Shown here: positions 32,234 through 42,486 of the stretch, one piece after another
Layout of the letters: each line of letters opens with the position of its first letter
Position numbering within the stretch: position 1 is the stretch's first letter
NCBI GenBank assembly: GCA_903941095.1
Contig: CAJANN010000226.1
Location: 374-64,373 of the forward strand
Length of the DNA stretch: 64,000 nucleotides
Direction of reading: 5' to 3'
Origin: an uncultured Rhodospirillaceae bacterium
Lineage (GTDB): Bacteria; Pseudomonadota; Alphaproteobacteria; Rhodospirillales; Magnetospirillaceae
The notes under the pieces: generated by a model
What the model saw: only the letters and a program-made list of their open reading frames with translations
What the model was told of the DNA's origin: nothing
Database searches by the model: none
Program-made: the position numbers and the translations under genes

Positions 32234-33363
32234 TCGCCCTTACCGATCCCGTCGGTCTGGCGGCCGAGCTGATCCGCCGTCCCAGCGTCACCCCCCAGGA
32301 TGCCGGGGCGGTGGCGCTGCTGGCCGGCTGGCTTGACCGGCTGGGCTTCCGCTGCCACGTCATCGAGTCCGCCACCGGCGGCCCGGCGATCAGCAACCTG
32401 TACGCCCGACGGGGGGAAGGCGGACCGAATTTCTGTTTCGCCGGCCACACCGACGTGGTGCCGCCGGGTCCGGGCTGGACCGCCGATCCCTTCGGCGGCG
32501 AGGTGCTGAACGGACGGCTTTACGGCCGCGGCGCCACCGACATGAAGGGGGCCATCGCCGCCTTCGTCGCCGCCGTCGCCCGGCGGGGCGAGGCCCCCGG
32601 TTCGCTCAGCCTGCTGATCACCGGCGACGAGGAAGGGCCGGCGGTGGACGGCACCGTCAAGGTGCTGGACTGGCTGGCCGCCCGCGGCGAGGGGCTGGAC
32701 GCCTGCATCGTCGGCGAACCGACCAACCCCGCCCGCCTGGGCGAGATGCTGAAGATCGGCCGGCGCGGATCGCTGAACGCCCGCATCACCGTATTCGGCA
32801 CCCAGGGCCATGCCGCCTATCCGCATCTGGCCGACAACCCCATTCCGCGATTGCTGGAAATGCTGCGCCGGCTGACCGCCGAGCCGCTGGACCACGGCTC
32901 GCCGCATTTCCAGCCGTCGACCCTGGCCCTGACCACGGTGGATGTCGGCAATCCGGCGACCAACGTCATTCCCGGCGAGGCCCGCGCCGGCCTGAACATC
33001 CGCTTCAACGACCTGCATTCCGGCGCATCGCTGGAAGACTGGATCCGCCGCACCCTGGCCGGTGTCGGCGGCGAGCACGAATGCCGGGTGGAAGTATCGG
33101 GTGAAAGCTTCATCACCGAACCCGGCCCGCTGTCGGCGGCGGTGGCCGACGCGATCCAGGCGGTGACCGGACTGCGCCCGGAATTCTCGACATCGGGCGG
33201 AACGTCGGATGCCCGCTTCATAAAGAACCACTGCCCGGTCCTGGAATTCGGCCTGACCAACCAGACCATGCACAAGGTGGACGAGCATGTCTCCCTGGCC
33301 GATCTGGAACAGTTGACGGTGATCTATCAGGCCGTGCTCGACCGTTTCTTCGGGGCGCGATGA
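32230..33363 (+). CDS. dapE: Succinyl-diaminopimelate desuccinylase
   Basis: [49 protein letters not shown] start overlaps the dapD stop. Confidence 0.95.
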   Translation: MIALTDPVGLAAELIRRPSVTPQDAGAVALLAGWLDRLGFRCHVIESATGGPAISNLYARRGEGGPNFCFAGHTDVVPPGPGWTADPFGGEVLNGRLYGRGATDMKGAIAAFVAAVARRGEAPGSLSLLITGDEEGPAVDGTVKVLDWLAARGEGLDACIVGEPTNPARLGEMLKIGRRGSLNARITVFGTQGHAAYPHLADNPIPRLLEMLRRLTAEPLDHGSPHFQPSTLALTTVDVGNPATNVIPGEARAGLNIRFNDLHSGASLEDWIRRTLAGVGGEHECRVEVSGESFITEPGPLSAAVADAIQAVTGLRPEFSTSGGTSDARFIKNHCPVLEFGLTNQTMHKVDEHVSLADLEQLTVIYQAVLDRFFGAR

Positions 33364-33914
33364 TCAGCCGTGCCGAGGTGGCCGCCGGCGTGACCGGCGC
33401 CTGGCGGCTGGCCCGGCGCAATCCGCTGGGCCTGATCTGCTTCGACGCCAGCCCGGACGGGGCCTGGAAGTCGTTCTGGGCCGCCGCCCTGGTGGCTCCG
33501 GCCTTTCTGCTGCTGGACATCCTGGCCGGCAATTTCGACGATCCCGGCCCGCGTCTGCTGGCGGTCAAGGCGATTTCCTACGTCATCGACTGGACCGCGT
33601 TTCCCCTGGTCATGGTCCATATCGCCGACAGCCTGGATCGCCGGCCGTTATGGACCCGCTATGTCGTCGCCTACAACTGGTCGGCGGTGGTGCAGGTCGC
33701 CGTCCTGTTCCCGGCGGCGGTCCTGGCCCTGCTGGTGCCCAGCGCCCCCACCGCCCTGCTGGCCCAGGCCCTGACCATCGTCATGCTGGTCTACCGCGCC
33801 TATGTCGCCCATGTGGCGCTGCGGGTGGCGCTGCCGACCGCCGCGGGCATCGTGCTGCTGGACGTGCTGCTGGCCGGATTGCTGAAAACCGTTTCCGACC
33901 GGCTGGCCGGCTGA
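33360..33914 (+). CDS. Conserved membrane protein, unknown function
   Basis: Multiple TMs; overlaps the dapE stop (ATGA). Confidence 0.75.
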   Translation: MISRAEVAAGVTGAWRLARRNPLGLICFDASPDGAWKSFWAAALVAPAFLLLDILAGNFDDPGPRLLAVKAISYVIDWTAFPLVMVHIADSLDRRPLWTRYVVAYNWSAVVQVAVLFPAAVLALLVPSAPTALLAQALTIVMLVYRAYVAHVALRVALPTAAGIVLLDVLLAGLLKTVSDRLAG

Positions 33915-33918
33915 GCCC

Positions 33919-34458
33919 ATGTGGCGCCCGCTGACCGCCGCCGATCTGCCGGCCCTGGCGGCCGTCGCCGATATCGTCCACCCCGCCCACCCCGAACGGC
34001 CCGAGGTCTTTGCCGACCGGCTGGCGCTGTTTCCCGCCGGCTGTCTGTGGGCCGAGGCGGACGACGGGTCCCCCCTGGGCTATTGCCTGTCGCATCCCGG
34101 CCGCCTGGGGCAGGTGCCGCCGCTGGATACGGTGCTGGGCCGTCTGCCGCCGGACCCCGACTGCCTGTACCTGCATGATCTGGCCCTGCTGCCGGCGGCC
34201 CGCGGCCGTGGGCTGGGGGCGGCGGCGACCGGGATGCTGGCCGGCGTGGCGGGCCGGGCCGGGCTGGGCTTTCTGGCGCTGACGGCGATCGGGAACTCGC
34301 CGGCCTTCTGGGGGCGTCAGGGGTTCATCGCGCAGGCGGACGGCCCCGCCGATTACGGTGCGGCGGTCTACATGGTGCGGGAGCTTGGCGCGGCGCGCCT
34401 CAGAATTAAGGCGCGACGCTCTCAATCGGCATCACGCAGGCCGTCGTGCCCAGGGTGA
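33919..34458 (+). CDS. GNAT-family acetyltransferase
   Basis: LYLHDLALLPAARGRGLG acetyl-CoA motif A, FWGRQGF. Confidence 0.85.
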   Translation: MWRPLTAADLPALAAVADIVHPAHPERPEVFADRLALFPAGCLWAEADDGSPLGYCLSHPGRLGQVPPLDTVLGRLPPDPDCLYLHDLALLPAARGRGLGAAATGMLAGVAGRAGLGFLALTAIGNSPAFWGRQGFIAQADGPADYGAAVYMVRELGAARLRIKARRSQSASRRPSCPG

Positions 34459-34475
34459 TCGCATTTGGCGTTATT

Positions 34476-34575
34476 TCATGTCCGCTTCAATCGCCGGCGG
34501 GGGGCATCCGCCCCCTTAGGCTTCCTCGCTTTCCCTCCGGGGCTCTGCCTCTCAGGCCGCTGCGGCGCCCGCAAG
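34476..34575. repeat. Dispersed ~95-100 bp intergenic repeat, copy 1
   Basis: Aligns with 63848-63941: the first 30 nt are 28/30 identical and cttcctcgctttccctccggggct is an exact match. Confidence 0.9.
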
Positions 34576-34644
34576 GGGCACAGCCCCCGCCACGCTCGTC
34601 CAAAGGCGATCCCCTGGCGTCGTGCCTCACAAGGCTCGCCGGCC

Positions 34645-35193
34645 TTAAGGGCTGACGATCAGCGATACCGCCCCGCGGACGCGGTCGACGGCATCACGCA
34701 TCTCGGCCTGGAAGCGGGCGCTGACTTCCTTGGCGGTCTGCGCCTGCTGCTGGGACATGGTGCGGAACATCTGCTCGGCCGAGGCCTGGGTGCCGGCCAG
34801 CCCGGCCTCGACGGCGTCGACGGCCTGCCCGGCTTCACGGACCTGAACCGAAGCGCCGGCCAGGGATTGCGGGTCCAGGGCCGACAGCAGATGGCCCAGG
34901 CCGCTGACGGCATTGCGCAACTGGGCGCCGGTCTGCGACACCGGCAGGGCGGCGCCCTGCTCGACGGCATTGTCGTTGAGGGTGCGCACGGCGGCGATCA
35001 TCGTCTGCAATTGTTGCGCGATATCGGCCGGAGAGGCGCTTTGGCGCTGGCGTTCCTGCTCCTGCTGCGGGGACGAGGCTTCGGTCTGGCGCAGGGATTC
35101 CGGCAGCTCGCGATCAGACGCCGCCACCGCCGCCGTAGACTCGGATGCGGGAGACAATGAACTCAGGAACGAGGCGATTCTGCCGATTCCCAT
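34645..35193 (-). CDS. Hypothetical helical/coiled-coil protein
   Basis: Ala/Gln-rich ORF filling the gap downstream of gltB; no recognised motif. Confidence 0.65.
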   Translation of the reverse strand: MGIGRIASFLSSLSPASESTAAVAASDRELPESLRQTEASSPQQEQERQRQSASPADIAQQLQTMIAAVRTLNDNAVEQGAALPVSQTGAQLRNAVSGLGHLLSALDPQSLAGASVQVREAGQAVDAVEAGLAGTQASAEQMFRTMSQQQAQTAKEVSARFQAEMRDAVDRVRGAVSLIVSP

Positions 35194-35316
35194 GAGCAAA
35201 CCCCTACTGCGCGCCCTTTGGGCGCCGGAACCATTCCCCCTTAGAGCATTCAGCTTAACGCAAATGCCAGCCGAATTTCAAGGCCGGCGGAACCGGGACG
35301 GGCTCCGCCGGCCCTC

Positions 35317-38300
35317 TTATTCCGCCGCCACCGCCCGGACCGGCTGCTCCAGGCGGGTCAGCATCTCTTTCGGGACCACCTGGACGAAGCGGGCGCGTTC
35401 CCGCTCCCAGTCGGCCAGCAGTCCCTCGGCCCATTTCGACTGGGTTTCCTGGGCGTGTTCGCGGACCAGTTCTTCCAGAAGATCCTGCCAATAGGCGGTT
35501 TCGACCTTCTGCCAGATCACGCTTTCCGGGTTGACCTGCCGGCGGAAGGTGTCGTCGGCATCGTAGACGAAGGCCATGCCGCCGGTCATGCCGGCGGCGA
35601 AATTGGCGCCGACCGGACCCAGGATGACGGCGGTGCCGCCGGTCATGTATTCGCAGCCGTTCGATCCGCAGCCTTCGATGACCGCGACGGCGCCGGAATT
35701 CCTGACGGCGAACCGTTCCCCGGCCTGGCCGGCGGCGAACAGCCTGCCGGCGGTGGCGCCGTACAGGCAGGTGTTGCCGATGATGGTGTTGAGGTTGGAC
35801 GCCAGGGTCGACGACACCGACGGCCGCACCACGATGGTGCCGCCCGACAGGCCCTTGCCGACATAGTCGTTGGAATCGCCGAACACTTCCAGCTTCAGCC
35901 CCTGCACGGCGAAGGCCCCCAGCGACTGCCCGCACGAGCCGCGCAGGCGCACGGTGATATGGCCGGGATTGAGGCCGGTCATGCCGTACTTGCGGGTGAT
36001 CTTGTGGCTGAGCTTGGTGCCGATGGCCCGCTGGACGTTGCGGACGTTGTAGGCCAGCTGCATCTTCTCGCCGTCTTCCAGGGCCGGGCCGGCATCCTGG
36101 ATCATCTGGGCATCCAGGGTTTCCGGCACCTCGTTGCGTCCCTCCAGGGTGCAGTGGCGGGCGAAGCCGCCGGCATCTGCCTGGGCCAGCAGCGGGTTGA
36201 GGTCCAGGTCGTCCAGATGGGCGGCGCCACGGCTGACCTGCTTCAGCAGGTCGGTGCGGCCGACGATCTCGTCCAGGCTGCGCACCCCCAGCGAGGCCAG
36301 GATCTCGCGCACTTCCTCGGCGATGAAGGTGAACAGGTTGACCACCTTCTCCGGGCTGCCGGTGAACTTCCGGCGCAGGTCCGGGTCCTGGGTGCAGACC
36401 CCGACCGGACAGGTGTTGGAATGGCACTGGCGCACCATGATGCAGCCCAGGGCGATCAGGCTGGTGGTGCCGATGCCGAATTCCTCGGCGCCCAGCATGG
36501 CGGCGATGACGATGTCGCGCCCGGTCTTCAGGCCGCCGTCGGTCCTGAGCTTGACCCGGTGGCGCAGGCGGTTCAGGGTCAGCACCTGATGGGCTTCCGA
36601 CAGGCCCAGTTCCCACGGCAGGCCGGCGAACTTGATCGATGTCTGCGGGCTGGCCCCGGTGCCGCCGACATTGCCGGAAATCAGGATGGTGTCGGCCTTG
36701 GCCTTGGCGACGCCCGCGGCGATGGTGCCGATGCCCGACCGCGACACCAGCTTGACCGTCACCCGGGCTTCGGGGTTGATCTGCTTCAGGTCGTAGATCA
36801 GCTGCGCCAGGTCTTCGATGGAATAGATGTCGTGGTGCGGCGGCGGGCTGATCAGCATGACGCCGGGGGTGGCGTGGCGCAGCCTGGCGATTTCCACCGT
36901 CACCTTGAAGCCGGGCAACTGGCCGCCCTCGCCGGGTTTGGCGCCCTGGGCGACCTTGATCTCGATCTCGCGGCACATGTTCAGATATTCGGCGGTGACG
37001 CCGAAGCGGCCCGAGGCGATCTGCTTGATGGCCGAATTGGCGTTGTCGCCGTTGGGGCGCGGGCGGTAGCGGTCGCGGTCCTCGCCGCCCTCGCCGGACA
37101 CGCTTTTGGCGCCGATGCGGTTCATGGCGATGTTCAATGTGCCGTGCGCCTCGGCGGACAGCGCCCCCAGGCTCATGCCCGGGGTCAGGAACCGCTTGCG
37201 GATCTCGGTGATGGATTCGACCTCGTCCACCGGGATGGCCGCCGCCGCCGGCTGGAAATCCAGCAGGTCGCGGATGGTGATGGGGGCCAGCCGCCGGATG
37301 CCGTCGGAATATTTCTTGTAGGTGGTGTAGGAATCGGTGGACACCGCCGTCTGCAGCAGGTGGATCAGCGTTCCGTCGAAGGCGTGCGCCTCCTGTCCCC
37401 GCCGCACCCGGTAGAAGCCGCCCACCGGCAGGACTGCGGTGGCGGCGACGAAGCCCCTGGCATGCTGGGCGATGGTCTTCTTGGCGATGCCCGACAGGCC
37501 GATGCCCGAGATGCGGCTGGTCATGCCGGGGAAGAATTCCGCCACCGCCGACCGGGACAGGCCGATCGCTTCGAAATTGCAGCCGCCGCGATAGGACGAA
37601 ATGACCGAAATGCCCATCTTGGACATGATCTTCAGCAGGCCCTGGTCGATGGCCTTCTTGTAGTTGCGCACGCACTCTTCCAGGGTCAGGCCCGGAAACA
37701 GGCCGCGCCGCCAGCGGTCGGCGATGGCTTCCTGCGCCAGATAGGCGTTGACGGTGGTGGCGCCGACGCCGACCAGGACGGCGAAGTAATGCACGTCCAG
37801 CGCCTCGCCGGACCGGACGTTCAGCGAGGTCCAGGTGCGCAGGCGCTCGCGCACCAGATGCGAATGGACGCCGCCGGCGGCCAGGATCATCGGCACCGCC
37901 GACCGGCAGGAATCCATGTTCTTGTCCGACAGGATCAGGTGGGTGCAGCCGGCGCGGACCGCTTCCTCCGCCTCGCGGCGGATGCGGGTCAGGGCATCCT
38001 TCAGGGCGTGCTCGCCGGCACCCGGGTCGAAGGTGCAGTCGATTTCGGCGGCGGCGGCGCCCATGTGGCGGCGCATGGCGTCGAACTCGGCGGTGGACAG
38101 GACCGGGCTGTCCAGCGCCAGCACGTCGCACTGGCTTTCATGCTCGTCCAGGATGTTGCCCAGGTTGCCCAGGCGGGTGCGCAGGCTCATCACGCGGGAT
38201 TCGCGCAAGGAATCGATGGGCGGATTGGTGACCTGGCTGAAATTCTGCCGGAAGAAGTGGTGCAGGCCGCGATACTGGTCGGACAGCACCGCCAGGGGGG

Positions 38301-39825
38301 TGTCGTCGCCCATCGATCCCACCGCTTCCTTGGCCTCTTCGACCATCGGCTGCAGGATCAGCTCCATGTCTTCCATCGTCAGGCCATAGGCCAGCTGGCG
38401 GCGCTTCAACTCGTCGGCGGACAGCTCCACCGGCTCGGGGGCGCCGGTCTTGACCAGGCTGTCCAGTTCGGTGATCAGGCGGGTCCAGTCGGCATAGGGG
38501 CGCCTGGCGGCCAGCATGTCCTTCAGGGCGGCGTCGCGGTACAGCCTGCCCTGTTCCAGGTCGACGGCGATGGTCTGGCCGGGGCCGACCCGGCCCTTTT
38601 CGACGATGTCGGATTCGGGCACCCGGACCATGCCGGTTTCCGATCCGACGATCAGCAGGCCGTCGCGGGTGACGGTCACCCGCATCGGGCGCAGGCCGTT
38701 GCGGTCCATGCCGGCGATGACCCAGCGCCCGTCGGTGGCGCAGATGGCCGCCGGCCCGTCCCACGGCTCGATGACCGCGTTGCAATAGCCGAAGAAGGCG
38801 CGGTGCGCCTCGGGCATCAGGGCGTTCGAGCTCAGGGATTCCGGCACCAGCATCTGCTTGACCATCGGCGCGCTGCGCCCGGCGCGGACCATGATCTCGA
38901 AGACGTTGTCCAGCGCCGCGGAATCCGAGCCGCCGGCCTGGATGACCGGCTTGATGTCCTCCATATGGTCGCCGAAGGATTCGTGGCCCATGCGGGGCTC
39001 GTGCGCCTTCATCCAGTTCAGGTTGCCCGACAGGGTGTTGATTTCGCCGTTGTGGGCCAGCATGCGGAAGGGCTGGGCCAGCCGCCAGGTCGGGAAGGTA
39101 TTGGTCGAATAACGCTGGTGGTAGATGGCGAAGCGCGAGACGAAGCGGTCGTCCAGCAGGTCGGGATAGAACGAGGTCAGCTGTTCGGCCAGGAACATCC
39201 CCTTGTAGATGATCGACCGGCACGACAGCGAGCAGATGTAGAAATCGGTGATGTGTTCGGCCAGCACCCGCTTTTCGATGCGCCGGCGCAGGATGTAAAG
39301 GTCGGTCTCGAACCGTTCTTCCGGGGTGCCCCGGGTGTTGGCCACCATGATCTGCTCGATCTCGGGACGGGTGGCGTTGGCCTTCTCGCCGATGATCGAC
39401 ACGTCGACCGGCACCTGGCGCCAGCCGTAGATGGCATGGCCGAAGGACAGGATCTCGGCCTCGACGATGCAGCGGCAGCGTTCCTGGGCGCCCAGGTCGG
39501 CCTTGGGCAGAAAGATCATGCCGACGGCCAGGTTGCCGGGCACCGGCTCGTGGCCGGAATGGCGGATGTGGTCGCGGAAGAAATCCTGCGGCAGCTCGAC
39601 ATGGATGCCGGCGCCGTCGCCGGTCTTGCCGTCGGCGTCGACGGCGCCGCGGTGGAACAGCACCTTCAGTGCCTCGATGCCGGCGACCACCACGTCGCGG
39701 CGGGGGCGGCCGTCCAGGGCGGCCACCATGCCGACGCCGCAGGCGTCGTGCGGCGCGGTGTCGATGCCGGCGGCTTCCAGCGTGGCGGCGTTCTTCAGGT
39801 ACTGGGCTACGAATTGCTCGCTCAT
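35317..39825 (-). CDS. gltB: Glutamate synthase large subunit
   Basis: HDACGVG (mature N-terminal Cys), HQRYSTNT, QGAKPGEGGQLPG, PPPHHDIYSIEDL, EYMTGG. Confidence 0.98.
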   Translation of the reverse strand: MSEQFVAQYLKNAATLEAAGIDTAPHDACGVGMVAALDGRPRRDVVVAGIEALKVLFHRGAVDADGKTGDGAGIHVELPQDFFRDHIRHSGHEPVPGNLAVGMIFLPKADLGAQERCRCIVEAEILSFGHAIYGWRQVPVDVSIIGEKANATRPEIEQIMVANTRGTPEERFETDLYILRRRIEKRVLAEHITDFYICSLSCRSIIYKGMFLAEQLTSFYPDLLDDRFVSRFAIYHQRYSTNTFPTWRLAQPFRMLAHNGEINTLSGNLNWMKAHEPRMGHESFGDHMEDIKPVIQAGGSDSAALDNVFEIMVRAGRSAPMVKQMLVPESLSSNALMPEAHRAFFGYCNAVIEPWDGPAAICATDGRWVIAGMDRNGLRPMRVTVTRDGLLIVGSETGMVRVPESDIVEKGRVGPGQTIAVDLEQGRLYRDAALKDMLAARRPYADWTRLITELDSLVKTGAPEPVELSADELKRRQLAYGLTMEDMELILQPMVEEAKEAVGSMGDDTPLAVLSDQYRGLHHFFRQNFSQVTNPPIDSLRESRVMSLRTRLGNLGNILDEHESQCDVLALDSPVLSTAEFDAMRRHMGAAAAEIDCTFDPGAGEHALKDALTRIRREAEEAVRAGCTHLILSDKNMDSCRSAVPMILAAGGVHSHLVRERLRTWTSLNVRSGEALDVHYFAVLVGVGATTVNAYLAQEAIADRWRRGLFPGLTLEECVRNYKKAIDQGLLKIMSKMGISVISSYRGGCNFEAIGLSRSAVAEFFPGMTSRISGIGLSGIAKKTIAQHARGFVAATAVLPVGGFYRVRRGQEAHAFDGTLIHLLQTAVSTDSYTTYKKYSDGIRRLAPITIRDLLDFQPAAAAIPVDEVESITEIRKRFLTPGMSLGALSAEAHGTLNIAMNRIGAKSVSGEGGEDRDRYRPRPNGDNANSAIKQIASGRFGVTAEYLNMCREIEIKVAQGAKPGEGGQLPGFKVTVEIARLRHATPGVMLISPPPHHDIYSIEDLAQLIYDLKQINPEARVTVKLVSRSGIGTIAAGVAKAKADTILISGNVGGTGASPQTSIKFAGLPWELGLSEAHQVLTLNRLRHRVKLRTDGGLKTGRDIVIAAMLGAEEFGIGTTSLIALGCIMVRQCHSNTCPVGVCTQDPDLRRKFTGSPEKVVNLFTFIAEEVREILASLGVRSLDEIVGRTDLLKQVSRGAAHLDDLDLNPLLAQADAGGFARHCTLEGRNEVPETLDAQMIQDAGPALEDGEKMQLAYNVRNVQRAIGTKLSHKITRKYGMTGLNPGHITVRLRGSCGQSLGAFAVQGLKLEVFGDSNDYVGKGLSGGTIVVRPSVSSTLASNLNTIIGNTCLYGATAGRLFAAGQAGERFAVRNSGAVAVIEGCGSNGCEYMTGGTAVILGPVGANFAAGMTGGMAFVYDADDTFRRQVNPESVIWQKVETAYWQDLLEELVREHAQETQSKWAEGLLADWERERARFVQVVPKEMLTRLEQPVRAVAAE

Positions 39826-39839
39826 GGCTGGCTCCCGGT

Positions 39840-39888
39840 AATCAGGTACGCGTCGCAATCAGGTACGCGCCGCAATCAGGTACGCGTC
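39840..39888. repeat. Three tandem 17-bp repeats between gltD and gltB
   Basis: aatcaggtacgcg(t/c)cgc repeated at 39840, 39857 and 39874 (last copy partial). Confidence 0.9.
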
Positions 39889-39906
39889 AAGGGTCTGGAT
39901 CGAGGC

Positions 39907-41340
39907 TCACTCGGCCGCTTTGCTTCGGGCCTTGGCCTTCAGGTAGGTTCCGATGCTGTCCGCCGCGTCGCGGCCGTCCTTGACGGCCCAGACCACCAGA
40001 CTGGCGCCGCGGACGATGTCGCCGGCGGCGAACACGCCGTCCAGGCTGGTCATCAGGCGGTCGTCGACGGTCAGGGTGCCCCAGCGGCTGGCCGCCAGGT
40101 GCGGCTCGCCGAACAGGGCGGGGACGTCCTCGGGCTCGAAGCCCAGCGCGGTGATGACCATGTCGGCCGGCACGGTGAAGCCGGACCCTTCGATCACCGC
40201 CGGGCTGCGCCGGCCCGAGGCGTCGGGCATGCCCAGATGCATGCGGTGGGCGCGCAGGCCGGTGGCCCGGGTTTCGCCGACCACCGTCTCCGGTGCGGCC
40301 ATCCACACGAATTCGACCCCTTCCTCCTCGGCGTGGGCGACTTCCCGCTGGCTGCCGGGCATGTTGGCGCGGTCGCGGCGATACAGGCACTTGACCGACC
40401 GGGCGCCCTGGCGGACGGCGGTGCGCACGCAATCCATCGCGGTGTCGCCGCCGCCGATGACCACCACGTCCTTGCCCCTGGCGTTCAGGGTGCCGTCGGC
40501 GAAGGCGGCGACCGTGTCGCCCAGATCGACGCGGTTGGCGGCGATCAGGTAATCCAGTGCGGCATGGACCCCGCTCAGGGTGTGGCCGGGGCAGTCCAGC
40601 CCCCTGGCCCGATAGACGCCGGTGGCGATCAGGATGGCGTCGTGGCGCTGGCGCAGTTCGGCGAAGGACAGGTCGCGGCCGATCTCGGTGCCGGTGACCA
40701 GGGTGATGCCGGCCTGGGCCAGCAGGCGGGTGCGGCGCTCGACGACGCTCTTTTCCAGCTTGAAGCCGGGGATGCCGTAGATCAGCAGGCCGCCCATGCG
40801 GTCGTGGCGGTCGTAGACGGTGACCTGATATCCCTGGCGGCGCAGGGCTTCCGCCGCCGCCAGCCCGCCGGGACCGCCGCCGACGATGCCGACCGACTGG
40901 GCGATCTCGCGGGTCGGCTCGGCCGGTTCGACCCAGCCCTGGGTGAAGGCGAATTCGGTGATGTGCTTTTCGATGGCGCCGATGGTGACGCCGCCGTGGC
41001 GGGATTGCTCCAGCACGCAATGGCCTTCGCACAGGCGGTCCTGCGGGCAGATGCGGCCGCAGATTTCCGGGAAGGTGTTGGTCGAGGCGGCCATCTGGTA
41101 GGCCTCCTCCAGGCGGCCGGTGGCCGACAGCATCAGCCAGTCGGGGATGTTGTTTCCCAGCGGGCAGCGGATCTGGCAGAAGGGGATGCCGCATTGTTCG
41201 CAGCGAGACGCCTGATCGATGGCGCTATCGGCTTCAAAGGGGCGGCTGATCTCGCGGAAATCGCCGCGCCGCTCGGCGGCGGGGCGCTTGGCTGGCTGGC
41301 AGGGATCCAGCCGGGTGAATTGCAGCATCTTGCGCGACAT
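39907..41340 (-). CDS. gltD: Glutamate synthase small subunit
   Basis: RCEQCGIPFCQIRCP, GRICPQDRLCEG, GGGPGG, GGGDTAMDC, GASLVVWA. Confidence 0.96.
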   Translation of the reverse strand: MSRKMLQFTRLDPCQPAKRPAAERRGDFREISRPFEADSAIDQASRCEQCGIPFCQIRCPLGNNIPDWLMLSATGRLEEAYQMAASTNTFPEICGRICPQDRLCEGHCVLEQSRHGGVTIGAIEKHITEFAFTQGWVEPAEPTREIAQSVGIVGGGPGGLAAAEALRRQGYQVTVYDRHDRMGGLLIYGIPGFKLEKSVVERRTRLLAQAGITLVTGTEIGRDLSFAELRQRHDAILIATGVYRARGLDCPGHTLSGVHAALDYLIAANRVDLGDTVAAFADGTLNARGKDVVVIGGGDTAMDCVRTAVRQGARSVKCLYRRDRANMPGSQREVAHAEEEGVEFVWMAAPETVVGETRATGLRAHRMHLGMPDASGRRSPAVIEGSGFTVPADMVITALGFEPEDVPALFGEPHLAASRWGTLTVDDRLMTSLDGVFAAGDIVRGASLVVWAVKDGRDAADSIGTYLKAKARSKAAE

Positions 41341-41578
41341 GGCGACGACCCTTGCAGAACTATGGCTGACCATTTGTTTACGACAGAAATGCTGTCCGAT
41401 TCCACAGGTTTCCGCATTTATGACAGTTTTATTGCCATAAATTGGCAAATCTCGGACCCGCAAGGATGGAAAGCCGTTTGCTACGGGTCATATTGGTTCC
41501 GATACGGGACTATATCTGAGATTTCCTCATGTGCGTTTCGAATGGTATATACGGTTGATCCATGCATTGAGGTGTCTC

Positions 41579-42385
41579 GTGTTGTTCCTCGACGTGCTGC
41601 TGGTGGCCCTGATCCACGCTGTCGCCGAAGTGCTGCCGCTTGGCGGGCCGGGGTCGATCGCGCTGTTCACGCGCATGGCGCCCGGTTCGGTCGAGGCCTC
41701 CATGCTGGCCGTCGCGGTGCAGATGGGGATTCTGGCCGCCCTGACCTGCTATTTCTGGCGCGACGTTCTGGGCATGATCGTCGGTGTCGGCCGGCTCCCC
41801 AAGGGGCGGCTGGACCCCGGCGGCCGCCTGGCGCTGCAGCTGGCGCTGGGCAGCCTTCCCGCCCTGGCCCTGGTGGTGTTCGCGCCGGCCTGGGTGAATG
41901 GCGGCATGGGGATGGCCGTGCCGGTCGTGGCCGGTCTGGTCGCATTGTTCGGCCTGCTGCTGCTGCTGGCCGACCATCTGGGGGTCACCGTTCACCGCAT
42001 CGAACATCTGGGCTGGAGGCAGCTGGCCGTGGTCGGCCTGCTGCAGGCTTTCGCCTTGCTGCCGGGCATCGGCCGGGTCGGGCTTGGTGTTACGGCCGCC
42101 CGGCTGCTGGGCTACGAGCGGCGCGATGCCGCCCGGCTGGCCTTGCTGCTGCTGCTGCCGCTGCTGGCGGCGCAGGTCGTCATGACTTTGCGTCTGCTGT
42201 CGGGGGCGGTCGACCTGCATTTTTCTTCGGACATGCTGCTGGTGACGGGCGGAGTCTTCGTCGTCGCCTGGGGGCTGGTCGCCGGAATGATGGGCTGGTT
42301 GCGGCGGCACGGCTTCGGGCCGTTCGGCTGGGCACGGGTCGCCGTGGGCGCGGGATGTGCGGTGTGGATCTTCATCTTTGGTTAA
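41579..42385 (+). CDS. uppP: UppP/BacA-family membrane protein with degenerate catalytic motifs
   Basis: BacA topology, AEVLP, YFWRD, QAFALLPGIGRVG; lies divergent from gltD. Confidence 0.75.
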   Translation: MLFLDVLLVALIHAVAEVLPLGGPGSIALFTRMAPGSVEASMLAVAVQMGILAALTCYFWRDVLGMIVGVGRLPKGRLDPGGRLALQLALGSLPALALVVFAPAWVNGGMGMAVPVVAGLVALFGLLLLLADHLGVTVHRIEHLGWRQLAVVGLLQAFALLPGIGRVGLGVTAARLLGYERRDAARLALLLLLPLLAAQVVMTLRLLSGAVDLHFSSDMLLVTGGVFVVAWGLVAGMMGWLRRHGFGPFGWARVAVGAGCAVWIFIFG

Positions 42386-42486
42386 GGGTTTGCCCGCAAC
42401 CCGATGAGTCTAATCAATTTTCGTGACTTTTTGCCGTGCCGATCCTTAAATGTCCCCCTGACCGATCGTTCAGGAGGGTTGGATTC

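Noticed and set aside
34385-34640. tmRNA, 6S or RNase P RNA gene
   Set aside because: No tag-peptide frame, tRNA-like domain or conserved RNase P motifs; better explained as dispersed repeats.
39840-39888. CRISPR array
   Set aside because: Directly adjacent 17-bp units with no spacers and no cas genes.
35455-42426. 2323-aa plus-strand ORF, and similar giant ORFs at 27660-30866, 13359-15509, 43196-45334 and 10291-11985
   Set aside because: Antisense shadows of real GC-rich genes (gltBD, DGC, emrB, hyfB-like, cobB-like); no motifs, biased composition.
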